Shown here in pieces: positions 43,465 to 53,538 of a DNA stretch of 64,000 nucleotides; within the stretch, counting starts at the first letter, position 1, and each line of letters begins with the position of its first letter. This stretch comes from Candidatus Tokpelaia sp. JSC188. Its GTDB lineage: Bacteria > Pseudomonadota > Alphaproteobacteria > Rhizobiales > Rhizobiaceae. The stretch covers positions 20,483 through 84,482 of the forward strand of contig QENB01000008.1 of NCBI GenBank assembly GCA_003331065.1. Direction: 5' to 3'. Under the pieces are notes generated by a model. The model was not told where the DNA came from. It searched no databases and worked only from the letters and a program-made list of their open reading frames with translations. Made by a program: the position numbers and the translations under genes.

Positions 43465-43962
43465 ATGTCCTTTTCTAATAAATCTGTTATGGTATTTGCG
43501 CTTTCTTATCCAGTCGATGTGTCTTCTTTTCCTAGGAAGGGTTTTGATCTTTTATTGAAGACAGATGCAAAGGAGCGTTGCAAACTCGCTGATAATCACG
43601 GCCTTCCCTCTGTAGATGAATTTTTAGCAGATTTTCGGCTGCGTCGTTGGAAAAAGCGAGGCATAAGATTACAAGGATGCATAACGGCGTCTGTCATTCA
43701 AAAGTGCGTCATAACGGCAGAGTTTATAGAAAATCATATAACTCAGACCGTTGATATGATTTACATACCACAAGGATCACAGCTTGCAAAGTTTTTTAAA
43801 AATGAAGGCCTGCAAGAGATTTTACTTGATACAAAAAGATCGGATAGACTTGAAATTTTTGAAGGAAAGGAAATTGATGTAGGGAACATTGCTGAAGAAT
43901 TTTTTGAACTTTCAATCGATCCCTATCCTAGAAAGCGAGGAGCATTCTTTAAAAGAAGATAA
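43465..43962 (+). CDS. yceD: YceD/DUF177 family protein
   Basis: 165 aa acidic protein immediately upstream of plsX, with the C-terminal motif EFFELSIDPYPRK. Confidence 0.7.
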   Translation: MSFSNKSVMVFALSYPVDVSSFPRKGFDLLLKTDAKERCKLADNHGLPSVDEFLADFRLRRWKKRGIRLQGCITASVIQKCVITAEFIENHITQTVDMIYIPQGSQLAKFFKNEGLQEILLDTKRSDRLEIFEGKEIDVGNIAEEFFELSIDPYPRKRGAFFKRR

Positions 43963-44166
43963 CAGAATACCGACAAATAACAAGGCAGATGTTTATAATC
44001 CGCCTTTTCCATTTTTAGTAACGCTTAAGGAAATTTAAGTCATTTTAGGGGCAGTTTTATGCATGATGAGCAGCAATATTTGTGACTAAGAAGGTCTTTT
44101 AAATGCTCCTAGGTAGGTGCGAAAAATTGAAATGTTATTGGTAGATGATATTATGGGAAGAGCTTC

Positions 44167-45216
44167 GTGATTACAATTGCAGTTGATGCCATGGGTGGAG
44201 ATATAGGGCCTGAAGTTACGATCGCAGGTTCTGCTTTAGCGTTAAAACGCTATTCCGATATGCGCTTGATTTTTTATGGAGTTGCCCAAAAGGTAGAACC
44301 GTTTTTTAAAAAGTATCCTGAACTTTCGGATTGCATTTTATATGCAACGCAGACAGCAACAAAAATGGATGAAAAGCCGAGCCAGGCATTACGCAACGGA
44401 CGTGGAAAATCCTCCATGTGGTATGCGTTGGAAGCCGTAAAAAGGGGTGAAGCAGATGCCTGTGTGTCTGCGGGAAATACTGGTGCTTTGATGGCAATGT
44501 CCTATTTTTGCTTGCGTATGATAGCAGAAGCGGAAAGGCCAGGTATTGCAGGTATTTGGCCTACATTGCGTGGTGAAAGTATTGTTCTTGATATTGGTGC
44601 AACAATTGGGGCTGATGCTGATCAACTGGTGGATTTTGCAGTAATGGGCGCAGGCATGTTCCGTGCTCTTTATCATGTTAAGAAACCAACGGTTGGGTTA
44701 CTTAATGTAGGAGTAGAAGAGGTTAAAGGCCTAGAGGAAATACGTAAAGCTAGCCATATTTTAAGGACAGTGCAATCTGAGTCACTTGAATATAAAGGGT
44801 TTGTTGAGGGGAACGATATTGGAAGTGGTGCTGTAGATGTTGTGGTAACGGAAGGTTTTGTCGGCAATGTTGCTCTTAAAACAGCTGAAGGAACTATTTG
44901 TCAAGCAGCTAGAATACTTGCTGATGCTATGCGTCAGTCATTTTTGTCTCGCATGGGATACTTTATTGCCTCTGGAGCGTTTCGCCGCTTTCAAAAAAAG
45001 CTTGACCCGCGCAAGGTGAATGGCGGTGTACTTTTGGGGCTTAATGGAGTTGTAATAAAAAGTCATGGTGGAACAGATTCAGAAGGCTTTGCATCCGCCT
45101 TGCGTATCGGATATGAGATGGTTAAGAACGAACTTCTTAGCAAAATCGTTACTGACCTATGCCATTTTCATGAAAAAAGCTCTATTCTTTCTGTGTTACA
45201 AGAAAATGTAGAGTAA
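44167..45216 (+). CDS. plsX: Phosphate acyltransferase PlsX
   Basis: [10 protein letters not shown]-terminus, [11 protein letters not shown] and [13 protein letters not shown] motifs. Confidence 0.95.
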   Translation: MITIAVDAMGGDIGPEVTIAGSALALKRYSDMRLIFYGVAQKVEPFFKKYPELSDCILYATQTATKMDEKPSQALRNGRGKSSMWYALEAVKRGEADACVSAGNTGALMAMSYFCLRMIAEAERPGIAGIWPTLRGESIVLDIGATIGADADQLVDFAVMGAGMFRALYHVKKPTVGLLNVGVEEVKGLEEIRKASHILRTVQSESLEYKGFVEGNDIGSGAVDVVVTEGFVGNVALKTAEGTICQAARILADAMRQSFLSRMGYFIASGAFRRFQKKLDPRKVNGGVLLGLNGVVIKSHGGTDSEGFASALRIGYEMVKNELLSKIVTDLCHFHEKSSILSVLQENVE

Positions 45217-45284
45217 GTTATGATTAATAAGTTTATATAATGTATATAATAAGAGCGCGGATCAGATATTAAAGGAATAGGCGA

Positions 45285-46256
45285 ATGATACGATCTGCGA
45301 TCTGTGGCGTTGGGGCAGCGTTACCTGAACGTGTAGTGACGAATGCCGAGCTTGAAAAAATTGTAGAGACATCTGATGAATGGATCGTACAGCGCACAGG
45401 TATCCGTCAGCGTTACATAGCCGGGGAAAGAGACACAACAGTTAGCCTAGGGGCACAAGCTGCACGTAGAGCATTGGATAATGCAGAATTGAGTATCAAG
45501 GATATTGATTGCATCATTTTGGCTACTTCAACAGCGGATCACACATTTCCTTCTTCGGCCACAGAGATCCAAAGAGCGCTCGGAATGACGTTGGGTTTTG
45601 CTTTTGATATTCAGGCTGTATGCTCAGGATTTGTTTTTGCGCTTGCAACAGCGGATTTTTATTTACGTTGTAAAATGGCAAAACGTGCACTAGTTATAGG
45701 TTCTGAGACATTTTCTCGTATTCTTAATTGGAAGGATCGTACGACCTGTATTTTGTTCGGTGATGGTGCAGGTGCTGTTGTACTTGAAGCAATTAAAGGA
45801 AAAGGGGTAATCCAGGATCGAGGCATTCTAGCATCCAAATTGCGTTCAGATGGTCGCCATATAGAAAAGCTTTATGTTGATGGTGGTCCTTCTACGACTC
45901 AGACAACAGGACATTTACGCATGGAGGGGCCGGAAGTTTTTAAACATGCTGTCGCCATGATTACGGATGTAGTAAATTCCTGTTTCAATATTGCTGGCAT
46001 TGGACCTGAAAAACTAGATTGGTTTATACCTCATCAGGCTAATAAGCGAATTATTGATGCTTCTGCTCATAAATTGGGCATTATAGATAAAAAAGTCGTA
46101 ATTACTATTGGTGAACATGGTAATACATCAGCTGCTTCTATTCCTCTGGCTCTTGCTGTTGCTGTAAAGGACGGACGTCTCAAGAAAGGAGATCTTATCA
46201 TGCTTGAAGCAATGGGGGGAGGATTTACATGGGGTGCTGTGCTTTTACGTTGGTAG
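45285..46256 (+). CDS. fabH: 3-oxoacyl-ACP synthase III
   Basis: Catalytic Cys in [10 protein letters not shown], plus HQANKRI and GNTSAASIP motifs. Confidence 0.95.
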   Translation: MIRSAICGVGAALPERVVTNAELEKIVETSDEWIVQRTGIRQRYIAGERDTTVSLGAQAARRALDNAELSIKDIDCIILATSTADHTFPSSATEIQRALGMTLGFAFDIQAVCSGFVFALATADFYLRCKMAKRALVIGSETFSRILNWKDRTTCILFGDGAGAVVLEAIKGKGVIQDRGILASKLRSDGRHIEKLYVDGGPSTTQTTGHLRMEGPEVFKHAVAMITDVVNSCFNIAGIGPEKLDWFIPHQANKRIIDASAHKLGIIDKKVVITIGEHGNTSAASIPLALAVAVKDGRLKKGDLIMLEAMGGGFTWGAVLLRW

Positions 46257-46363
46257 AGATATATCTAGGGGGATACAATTTAGAATTGCATATTTGACTG
46301 CTTCAATATAAGAACTATAGCAGATCCGTTAACCAATTACATTATATAAAGGGTTGCTCGCCA

Positions 46364-46681
46364 ATGGTAGATAAAACCGTTACGCGCGCAGATTTGGCAG
46401 ATGCCATCTGCAGAGAAGTAGGTTTATCCCGGACAGAATCTGCAGCGTTGGTTGAAATGATTATTAATGAAGTTTGTGATGTAATCGTTAAAGGGGAAGG
46501 GTTAAAGGTAGCTTCTTTCGCGACTTTTCAAGTCCGTGAAAAAAGCGAACGTATCGGACGTAATCCTAAAACGGGGAAAGAAGTACCTATTTGTTCACGC
46601 AGGGTTATGATATTTAAAGCTTCTAACGTGCTAAAAAAACGTATCCTTGACGGTCATCGCAAATTTAACAAAACCTACTGA
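46364..46681 (+). CDS. ihfA: Integration host factor subunit alpha
   Basis: [22 protein letters not shown]...[12 protein letters not shown], 105 aa. Confidence 0.93.
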   Translation: MVDKTVTRADLADAICREVGLSRTESAALVEMIINEVCDVIVKGEGLKVASFATFQVREKSERIGRNPKTGKEVPICSRRVMIFKASNVLKKRILDGHRKFNKTY

Positions 46682-46904
46682 TATCTTTTTTGAAAAGAAA
46701 TAGTACTAAAGTGCAAAGAATGATGAGTAAGGCGAGAAATTTAAATCATTTGAGCTGTTACTCTCTCTTGTGCCCTTTAATATTTTGCCTCGGATGTTAC
46801 TGTCTTTGTGTTTCTAGTATGGATTTGATTGTACATCTTATCTTCCTAGAAAGACGCTTTGGTTTTGTTATTTGAAAAGTAAACGAATTGTTCGCAGACA
46901 GGAC

Positions 46905-47418
46905 TTAGCTAGTGCGAACATGATCAAGAAGCCTTTTGCATTCTATGAGCTCCAAAAGAATTTGTTGTAGAAGTAATACTCCTTCGTCAGAAGGAGTGGG
47001 CTTTTTGAGTTCAATTGTGTTATTTTCTTCCATCTTCATCAGACCGAAAAAATTACGGTCACCTATATTCTGATTCTGACTGAGTTCTTCTTGAAAGAGG
47101 TCGGCATTTTTCCTCTTATCTATAGTCTCCTTCACTGCCGGTGCATCATCGATGCCAAGTGCTATAACGAAATCAATTCCTTTTTCCTTCAAAAGCTTTT
47201 GCACCTCCTTGGTTGTGTAACCTTTATTATAAAGCAAATTTTTAATTCCTTTGAGAAAAATCACCTCAGCTGGACAGATAATATCTGCGGCCGCCAGCTC
47301 GTTTCATCGGTTTAATTTGAGAAAACCGCATCTCCCAAGACCTTAACACATATTGAGGCATATTAAGTATATCAGCTACTTCACTGATTGTGCGAAAAGC
47401 ATCTAGACTTTTATTCAT
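46905..47418 (-). pseudogene. MerR-family transcriptional regulator interrupted by a single frameshift
   Basis: Own translation from ATG 47418 gives [50 protein letters not shown] (HTH half, stop at 47266-47268). The track ORF 46905-47264 continues in the +1 frame with (PAEV)IFLKGIKNLLYNKGYTTKEVQKLLKEKG. Joined, they give the usual RRYY-x-x-x-V-x-LL-x-GI-xxLLY MerR core. Confidence 0.75.
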
Positions 47419-48130
47419 AAACGCGCCTATTCTCGCTGCATTTCATCATCTTCTAAAAACAAACCGAAGCAGACACGGAATATTTTTTAGACTAACAGAT
47501 TCGTTTTCAATGGAAAAACAAAAATAAAGGTGGTGGTGGCTCTTCTAACTAAAGAACCGCAATTCTTGAGGATACTCACTCATTATCATTTTATAATTTG
47601 AATTAATCTAATTCATTACAAAATCTCAAATAATAACATAAACATATAAGAATTTACAAAAAATTAGAGCACCACACACTTTATTCTTAAGATATTTAAT
47701 AACAAATGTAAAAACAACTTCAAAAAATATCATGATCTAGCCTATTCTACACAAATAGATTTTTTCATTCATTTTTATAAAGATTATATATAGGAATAGT
47801 AAATAATGCCAAAAATGAAGAAAAACAGGTATAAACGTTTGTCAACAGCACCTAGGTTAACACAGGTATCATAAGAGTAAAAACTCTCTTGATTTTAATA
47901 GAAATAATCTGACTATCCTTTATTTAGAGGGAAATAATGATGTGATCATGCGTTTATCATATGATGCAAAAGTCAGTTTTATTAAACGATAGGTACTTTT
48001 GGCGAAAAAAGATGTAGAATGACAGATGATAAGAAATTCAAAAATAGGCCTATAGTATAATCCATGGGCTTAATTCTAGCTCAAATCAACTAATGTAGAC
48101 ATAAGATTTAAAAAGCCAGGAGAGATAAAT

Positions 48131-48205
48131 TGGTGGGCATGACAGGAATTGAACCTGCAACCCCTACGATGTCAACGTAGTGCTCTCCCACTGAGCTACA
48201 CACCC
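48131..48205 (-). tRNA. tRNA-Val (anticodon GAC)
   Basis: I folded the cloverleaf by hand. Reverse complement: GGGTGTG TA GCTC AGTGGGA GAGC A CTACG TTGACAT CGTAG GGGTT GCAGG TTCAATT CCTGT CATGCCC A CCA. It is 75 nt with an encoded CCA. The acceptor stem has two adjacent G-U pairs. Confidence 0.88.
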
Positions 48206-48313
48206 CTTCAACAGCAAGGGCACATTACCATCTCATTTAACGAAAGTCAATGCTCAACAAAAAATGACTTCATTAAGCCTTTTTTTCCTAAAACATCAAG
48301 GGTACGAGATCTC

Positions 48314-48679
48314 TTAAATGGAAATCAATACTTTTTGAACTTCGTTTACCAATTCACGTAGATGAAAAGGCTTAGAAAGAACGTGTATATCGTTATTAGG
48401 TGTTTTTTCATCGGCATTAAGAGCAACTGCAGCAAATCCAGTGATAAACATGACTTTTAAGTCGGGATCAATTTCACTTGCCCGACGAACCAATTCAATA
48501 CCATCCATTTCAGGCATAACAATATCTGTTAAAAGCAATGAAAAGGGTTCTTCCTGTAAGCGTTCATAAGCACTAACACCATTATCAAAATCCATAACCT
48601 CATAACCGGCACGCTCAAGTGCTTTTACCAAAAAGCGACGCATACCACCATCATCTTCTGCAAGCAGAATTCGTTTCAT
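48314..48679 (-). CDS. cpdR: Single-domain response regulator CpdR
   Basis: 121 aa, receiver domain only. MKRILLAEDDGGMRRFLVKALERAGYEV..., phospho-acceptor in LLLTDIVMPEMDG, and SKPFHL. Confidence 0.85.
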   Translation of the reverse strand: MKRILLAEDDGGMRRFLVKALERAGYEVMDFDNGVSAYERLQEEPFSLLLTDIVMPEMDGIELVRRASEIDPDLKVMFITGFAAVALNADEKTPNNDIHVLSKPFHLRELVNEVQKVLISI

Positions 48680-48889
48680 TAAGATATCCAGTATCGTTAT
48701 ATGTCTTTAAAGAGAATAAAAGAATATGATATCTTTCTCTAGCTCATCATATTGGTTTTTCCTAAAAAGGAAATAAAGTATCGACCAAAGAATAAGAAAA
48801 TGGTTAATTTTCTCATTACATGATGTTCCTCTGTAGCTATAGATGAGCAACAAATATACATTGGTTTTTTTATAATATGGTATTAAAGA

Positions 48890-48920
48890 GCTATTTCTTC
48901 TTTTCGAAGGTAGAAATAGC
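48890..48920. repeat. 9-bp perfect inverted repeat (GCTATTTCT N13 AGAAATAGC) in the cpdR-hisN divergent intergenic region
   Basis: Read directly from the sequence. The loop contains the TTCGAA palindrome. Function is unknown. Confidence 0.5.
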
Positions 48921-49182
48921 CCTTTGTAAGTGCAGGCTTTTCTTGCATCATGTCTTAATGCTAGCGATATGAAGTGTGGTTACACACTTGATGCGATAAT
49001 GTTTTGTTGCATAGCATTGAATTTTGTTTTAGCATCAAAGATACGTGGATACGTGTGCATGCGCATTCTATATTCTATGCATTGCCATTGCAAGTAGAAT
49101 AAATTTATGAACTCTATGTCGAATTCAGGAGTGGAAGATAGGGTATCTAGAAAACAAATTGAACAATATCAATAAGAGAAAA

Positions 49183-49980
49183 ATGCCAGCAACTGTCGAT
49201 AAGGCTTTTTTTGATGAGCTTGCTAGTATTGCGCGGTGCGGTACATTACCATTCTTTCGTCAGTTGCTTGTAATTGATAACAAAGGTGGACATGCTTTTG
49301 ATCCTGTCACCCAAGCGGATATAAAAACTGAACGAAATTTAAGAAAGTATATTGCCAAAAAATTTCCCGACCATGGTATTTACGGAGAAGAAGAAGGCAC
49401 AGAGGGCAGTGAGAAGGATTTTATTTGGGTAATTGACCCGATTGATGGAACTCGTACCTTTATCTCTGGAATTCCTATCTGGGGAACACTAATCGGTCTT
49501 TTGTATAAAGAGCGCGCCGTGGCAGGTATGATGGCACAGCCATTTACTCGTGAGTTATTTTTTACAACAGTCGAAGGAAGTTTTTTTCAGCGTGGTGATG
49601 ATGTTCCACGACAATTGAAGGTGCGTAAGACATTTAGTCTTGCTGAAGCAACACTTTTTTCAACAGCACCTTCCCTTTTTGATGCAAAAACTAATCAAGG
49701 ATTCCAGAGGCTTGAAGCAACTGTTCGTTTTACGCGTTTCGGAACAGATTGCTATGCTTTTGCTATGTTAGCAGCTGGCTTCATAGATCTGGTCATAGAA
49801 ACGGGATTGAAACCCTATGATGTTGTAGCACTTATTCCGATTATTGAAAAAGCAGGTGGCGTAATTACACAATGGAATGGTAGACCGGCAGAAGAAGGAG
49901 GTAATATCATTGCAGCAGCTACGCTTCAGCTTTATGAAAGCGCACTTCAGAAACTGCATGGTAGAGAAACGGATGATTGA
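49183..49980 (+). CDS. hisN: Inositol-monophosphatase-family protein, probable histidinol-phosphatase HisN
   Basis: WVIDPIDGTRTF and FDPVTQADIKTE IMPase motifs. The start is uncertain: ATG 49183 (MPATVD) or TTG 49159. Confidence 0.7.
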   Translation: MPATVDKAFFDELASIARCGTLPFFRQLLVIDNKGGHAFDPVTQADIKTERNLRKYIAKKFPDHGIYGEEEGTEGSEKDFIWVIDPIDGTRTFISGIPIWGTLIGLLYKERAVAGMMAQPFTRELFFTTVEGSFFQRGDDVPRQLKVRKTFSLAEATLFSTAPSLFDAKTNQGFQRLEATVRFTRFGTDCYAFAMLAAGFIDLVIETGLKPYDVVALIPIIEKAGGVITQWNGRPAEEGGNIIAAATLQLYESALQKLHGRETDD

Positions 49981-50411
49981 CTATGAAAGTATTACCATCG
50001 TTTATCCAGAAATTAGGCTAACAACCTAGAAAATGAGAATATGTATCAAGATTTTTTTGGTGCAAAACTAAATAGTGATGATTTAGGTTTTCTTAGTAGA
50101 GTATCTGAGCTTTGAGGTGGAAAAAAGAATCAAAATGTATTTGGGATTAAAAGACATAGTATAGACTTTAAAGAAGCTAGCATCGTAATATTAAATCATC
50201 ATTAATTAGCGTTAAAAACTGTTCACGTGACAATTATTTCTACCCAGCATTTCATTTGCAATAAGACATATAGCCATAGAATCATGATAAAAAGTCATAT
50301 GGATTTTAATATCAAGCGAATCTGATTTTAGTAAAGAGGTTATATTTTTAGCTATTCTACTTCGATTTCTCTAAAATTTAGTGTAGATAACCTCTCTTCA
50401 AGGAGATCATA

Positions 50412-51863
50412 ATGGTGCGCACTCTGATGTTGCAGGGAACTGGCTCTGATGTTGGTAAAACAGTGCTTGTCGCCGGCCTTTGTCGTGTGGCCCGTAATCG
50501 AGGGCTGAAAGTTGTACCATTCAAACCGCAAAATATGTCAAACAATGCAGCTGTGGCTGATGATGGCGGCGAAATAGGACGAGGTCAGTGGCTACAGGCT
50601 CTGGCAGCAGGTATTGCCTCTTCTGTTCATATGAACCCCGTCTTGTTAAAACCGGAAAGTGAGATTGGATCTCAGGTTATCGTGCATGGCCGTCTTTATT
50701 GTTATACAAAAGGGCAATCTTATCAGAAATTGAAGCAAAAACTTCTTAAAATGGTTATGCATTCCTATCGACAATTACAACAGGAAGCTGATTTGATTCT
50801 TGCAGAAGGTGCAGGCTCACCGGCTGAAATCAACTTACGATCCGGAGATATTGCCAATATGGGTTTTGCAACAGCGGCAGGTATACCTGTGCTTCTTATT
50901 GGCGATATTGATCGTGGTGGTGTTATTGCTTCAATCGTCGGTACCCATACTATTTTGGCAAAAGAAGACCGTAGATTGATTGCTGGTTATCTTATCAATA
51001 AGTTTTGTGGTGATATAGCATTATTTAAAGATGGATTTGCTGCAATCCATGCTTTTACAGGCTGGCGTTCATTTGGGGTTGTGCCATGGCTTTGGCATGC
51101 TGCTATTCTGCCAGCTGAAGACTCGCTTATGCTGAATCATTATCATTTTACCGCTTGTCGCAATATCAAGATTGCTGTTCCTCTGACACCACGTATTGCT
51201 AATTTTGATGATTTTGATTCACTTGGCAGTGAAGAGGATGTAGAGTTGCTTTTCATAAAGCGAGGTCAGCCTATACCCCCGGTTGATCTTGTCCTGCTTG
51301 CTGGATCGAAATCAACTATTGCTGATATGCGGGATTTTCATGATTATGGCTGGAGTGAAGATATACATCGCCATGTCCGCAGAGGCGGAATGGTTGTTGG
51401 TTTGTGTGGTGGATTTCAGATGTTGGGGAAAACTATACGCGATCCTTGGAGTGGCGAGGGAGAACAAAAGGAAATTGCTGGCCTCGGCCTACTAAATATC
51501 GAAACAGTGATGCAGAAGACAAAAATGGTACGCAATGCTGCAGGATATATCCCAATTTTTAATGAAACTGTCAGCGGTTATGAAATTCATTTAGGCTTAA
51601 CAGATGGACCTGACTGCGCTCAAGCTCCTGTTATACTTGAAGGACGGCCGGACGGGGCATCATCTCCAGATGGCCGGATTTGGGGTACGTATCTGCACGG
51701 AATTTTTTCTTCCGGCGGTTTTCGGCGCAAGTTTTTGCAGATGCTAGGTGGTGATTCTGATGGCAAGACACATAATGAAAAGATCGATAAAGCACTTGAT
51801 AATATTGCTGAAACCTTGGAAAGAACGATAGACATTGATGCAATTTTTGCGCTGGCGCAATAG
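50412..51863 (+). CDS. cobQ: Cobyric acid synthase
   Basis: MLQGTGSDVGKT P-loop and a C-terminal glutamine amidotransferase domain with GLCGGFQMLG. AAGGAG lies upstream of the ATG. Confidence 0.93.
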   Translation: MVRTLMLQGTGSDVGKTVLVAGLCRVARNRGLKVVPFKPQNMSNNAAVADDGGEIGRGQWLQALAAGIASSVHMNPVLLKPESEIGSQVIVHGRLYCYTKGQSYQKLKQKLLKMVMHSYRQLQQEADLILAEGAGSPAEINLRSGDIANMGFATAAGIPVLLIGDIDRGGVIASIVGTHTILAKEDRRLIAGYLINKFCGDIALFKDGFAAIHAFTGWRSFGVVPWLWHAAILPAEDSLMLNHYHFTACRNIKIAVPLTPRIANFDDFDSLGSEEDVELLFIKRGQPIPPVDLVLLAGSKSTIADMRDFHDYGWSEDIHRHVRRGGMVVGLCGGFQMLGKTIRDPWSGEGEQKEIAGLGLLNIETVMQKTKMVRNAAGYIPIFNETVSGYEIHLGLTDGPDCAQAPVILEGRPDGASSPDGRIWGTYLHGIFSSGGFRRKFLQMLGGDSDGKTHNEKIDKALDNIAETLERTIDIDAIFALAQ

Positions 51864-51895
51864 TCGTAATTTATAATGTAGGCTGAAGAGAGTAA

Positions 51896-52408
51896 ATGGC
51901 AAATGTGACGCTTGTACTTGGTGGTGCACGATCTGGTAAATCTCGATTTGCAGAGAGTTTGATTCTGAAAACCAATAAGAATCCAGTTTATATCGCAACG
52001 GCTGAAGCACATGATGAAGAGATGCGACGTAGAATAAGACAACACCGTTTCCGACGTGATATTAATTGGAAAACCCTTGAGACACCACTTGAATTGATCC
52101 GTGATATCAATAATGAAGGAGGGGAGAATCGCATTATCCTTGTCGATTGTCTGACCTTATGGTTGAGTAATTTAATGATTTACAAGCGTGATATTGCATA
52201 TCAGAGCGAGGGGTTGCTTTATCTTTTGAAAGAGGTACGCAGTGATATTGTGTTGGTAGCCAATGAGATCGGGCTTGGTATTGTGCCAGAATGTAGATTG
52301 AATCGGGAATTTCGTGATTATGCTGGGCAGCTTAACCAAGGGATTGCTGCCATTGCCGACACAGTTTATTTTATTGTTGCTGGTTTGCCGTTGATATTGA
52401 AAGGATAA
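51896..52408 (+). CDS. cobU: Adenosylcobinamide kinase / adenosylcobinamide-phosphate guanylyltransferase
   Basis: 170 aa with P-loop VLGGARSGKS and VLVANEIGLGIVP. Confidence 0.9.
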   Translation: MANVTLVLGGARSGKSRFAESLILKTNKNPVYIATAEAHDEEMRRRIRQHRFRRDINWKTLETPLELIRDINNEGGENRIILVDCLTLWLSNLMIYKRDIAYQSEGLLYLLKEVRSDIVLVANEIGLGIVPECRLNREFRDYAGQLNQGIAAIADTVYFIVAGLPLILKG

Positions 52409-52413
52409 AAACT

Positions 52414-53508
52414 TTGCTTCATGCATCATTTCAGGCTGGGAAGATACCAGCAACTGTTATTAGTGGCTTTCTAGGATCTGGAAAGACAACAATGATTCGT
52501 AAATTGTTAGAAGATTTGGATAGCAAACGCATTGCCCTGATTGTTAATGAATTTGGCAATTTAGGTGTTGATGGCAGTTTATTGAAGGGTTGCGGCATTG
52601 AAAACTGCCACGATGAGAATGTAATTGAACTTAATAATGGTTGTATTTGTTGTACCGTGGCAGAGGATTTTATTCCGGCAATGGTGAAACTGCTTTCTTG
52701 GAGGGAACCTTTTGATCATATTGTCATTGAAACATCCGGCTTGGCTTTGCCACAACCACTGATTGCTGCTTTCAACTGGCCGGAGATCAGAACACAGGTA
52801 ACGGTAGATGCTGTTATCACAGTAATAGATGCTTCTGCTGTGGATGAAGGATGTTTCGCCAATAATGATTGTAGAATCAATACTCAGTTTCTTAGTCGTG
52901 AGGCGACGGATCATAATAATCCACTAGAGGAGTTGTTTGAAGATCAAATCCAAGCCGCTGATCTTATTGTTTTGAACAAGATTGATCTGTTGACTAAAAA
53001 GAGGCTCGAATCAGTAAGAAAAAAAGTAATTTCCTACAGCACTCGTCAGACGAAGATGGTGTTAGCCAGTTATGGTAATCTTGGATCAGCTGTGCTTCTT
53101 GGCCTTGGCATTGGTACCGAAGAAGATATTGGAAATCGAAAATCCCACCATGAACTTTACCACGCAAATGAGACACCGCACAGTCATGATGCTTTTTGCA
53201 GTTTTATTGTCGAAATAGGATCGATCGAGGACCCAAAAGATTTCACAAAACAGCTAAAACACATCATTGCTGATTATGAAATCTTGCGTCTAAAAGGTTT
53301 TATAGATGTGCCTGAAAAGCAGATGCGTCTCGTTCTTCAAGTAGTGGGATCACGGATAGATTATTATTTCGATCGGCCTTGGAAAAAAAATGAGAAGCGC
53401 ATAACTCGTCTTGTCATTATCGGCATACATGACATAAATCAGATTGCGATTAAAAATGCAATTGCTAAAGCAGCCAAAACAGCGCATATTTATGAGTATA
53501 ACTCATAA
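52414..53508 (+). CDS. cobW: CobW (COG0523 G3E GTPase metallochaperone)
   Basis: GFLGSGKTT P-loop, GCICC metal motif, His-rich stretch KSHHELYHANETPHSHD, and position upstream of cobN. TTG start with AAGGA upstream. Confidence 0.9.
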   Translation: MLHASFQAGKIPATVISGFLGSGKTTMIRKLLEDLDSKRIALIVNEFGNLGVDGSLLKGCGIENCHDENVIELNNGCICCTVAEDFIPAMVKLLSWREPFDHIVIETSGLALPQPLIAAFNWPEIRTQVTVDAVITVIDASAVDEGCFANNDCRINTQFLSREATDHNNPLEELFEDQIQAADLIVLNKIDLLTKKRLESVRKKVISYSTRQTKMVLASYGNLGSAVLLGLGIGTEEDIGNRKSHHELYHANETPHSHDAFCSFIVEIGSIEDPKDFTKQLKHIIADYEILRLKGFIDVPEKQMRLVLQVVGSRIDYYFDRPWKKNEKRITRLVIIGIHDINQIAIKNAIAKAAKTAHIYEYNS

Positions 53509-53538
53509 ACAGGCTCCCATTTTTCGGAAACTGTTCTA

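Noticed and set aside
43963-44166. Checked for rpmF (L32) between yceD and plsX, as in enterobacteria
   Set aside because: No frame gives an L32-like peptide (MAVPKRKTS...). The alphaproteobacterial rpmF is normally elsewhere.
47520-47565. Sequence ...GGTGGTGGTGGCTCTTC..., whose reverse complement ends in GCCACCACCA. It could be a tRNA 3' fragment or att repeat near tRNA-Val.
   Set aside because: There is no T-loop (GGTTCRANYC) or acceptor pairing. Only 6 nt (TGGTGG) are shared with the real tRNA-Val 3' end, which is too weak.
48149-48361. 70-aa plus-strand ORF
   Set aside because: It overlaps the tRNA-Val gene and the 3' end of cpdR on the opposite strand, and the translation has no recognisable features.
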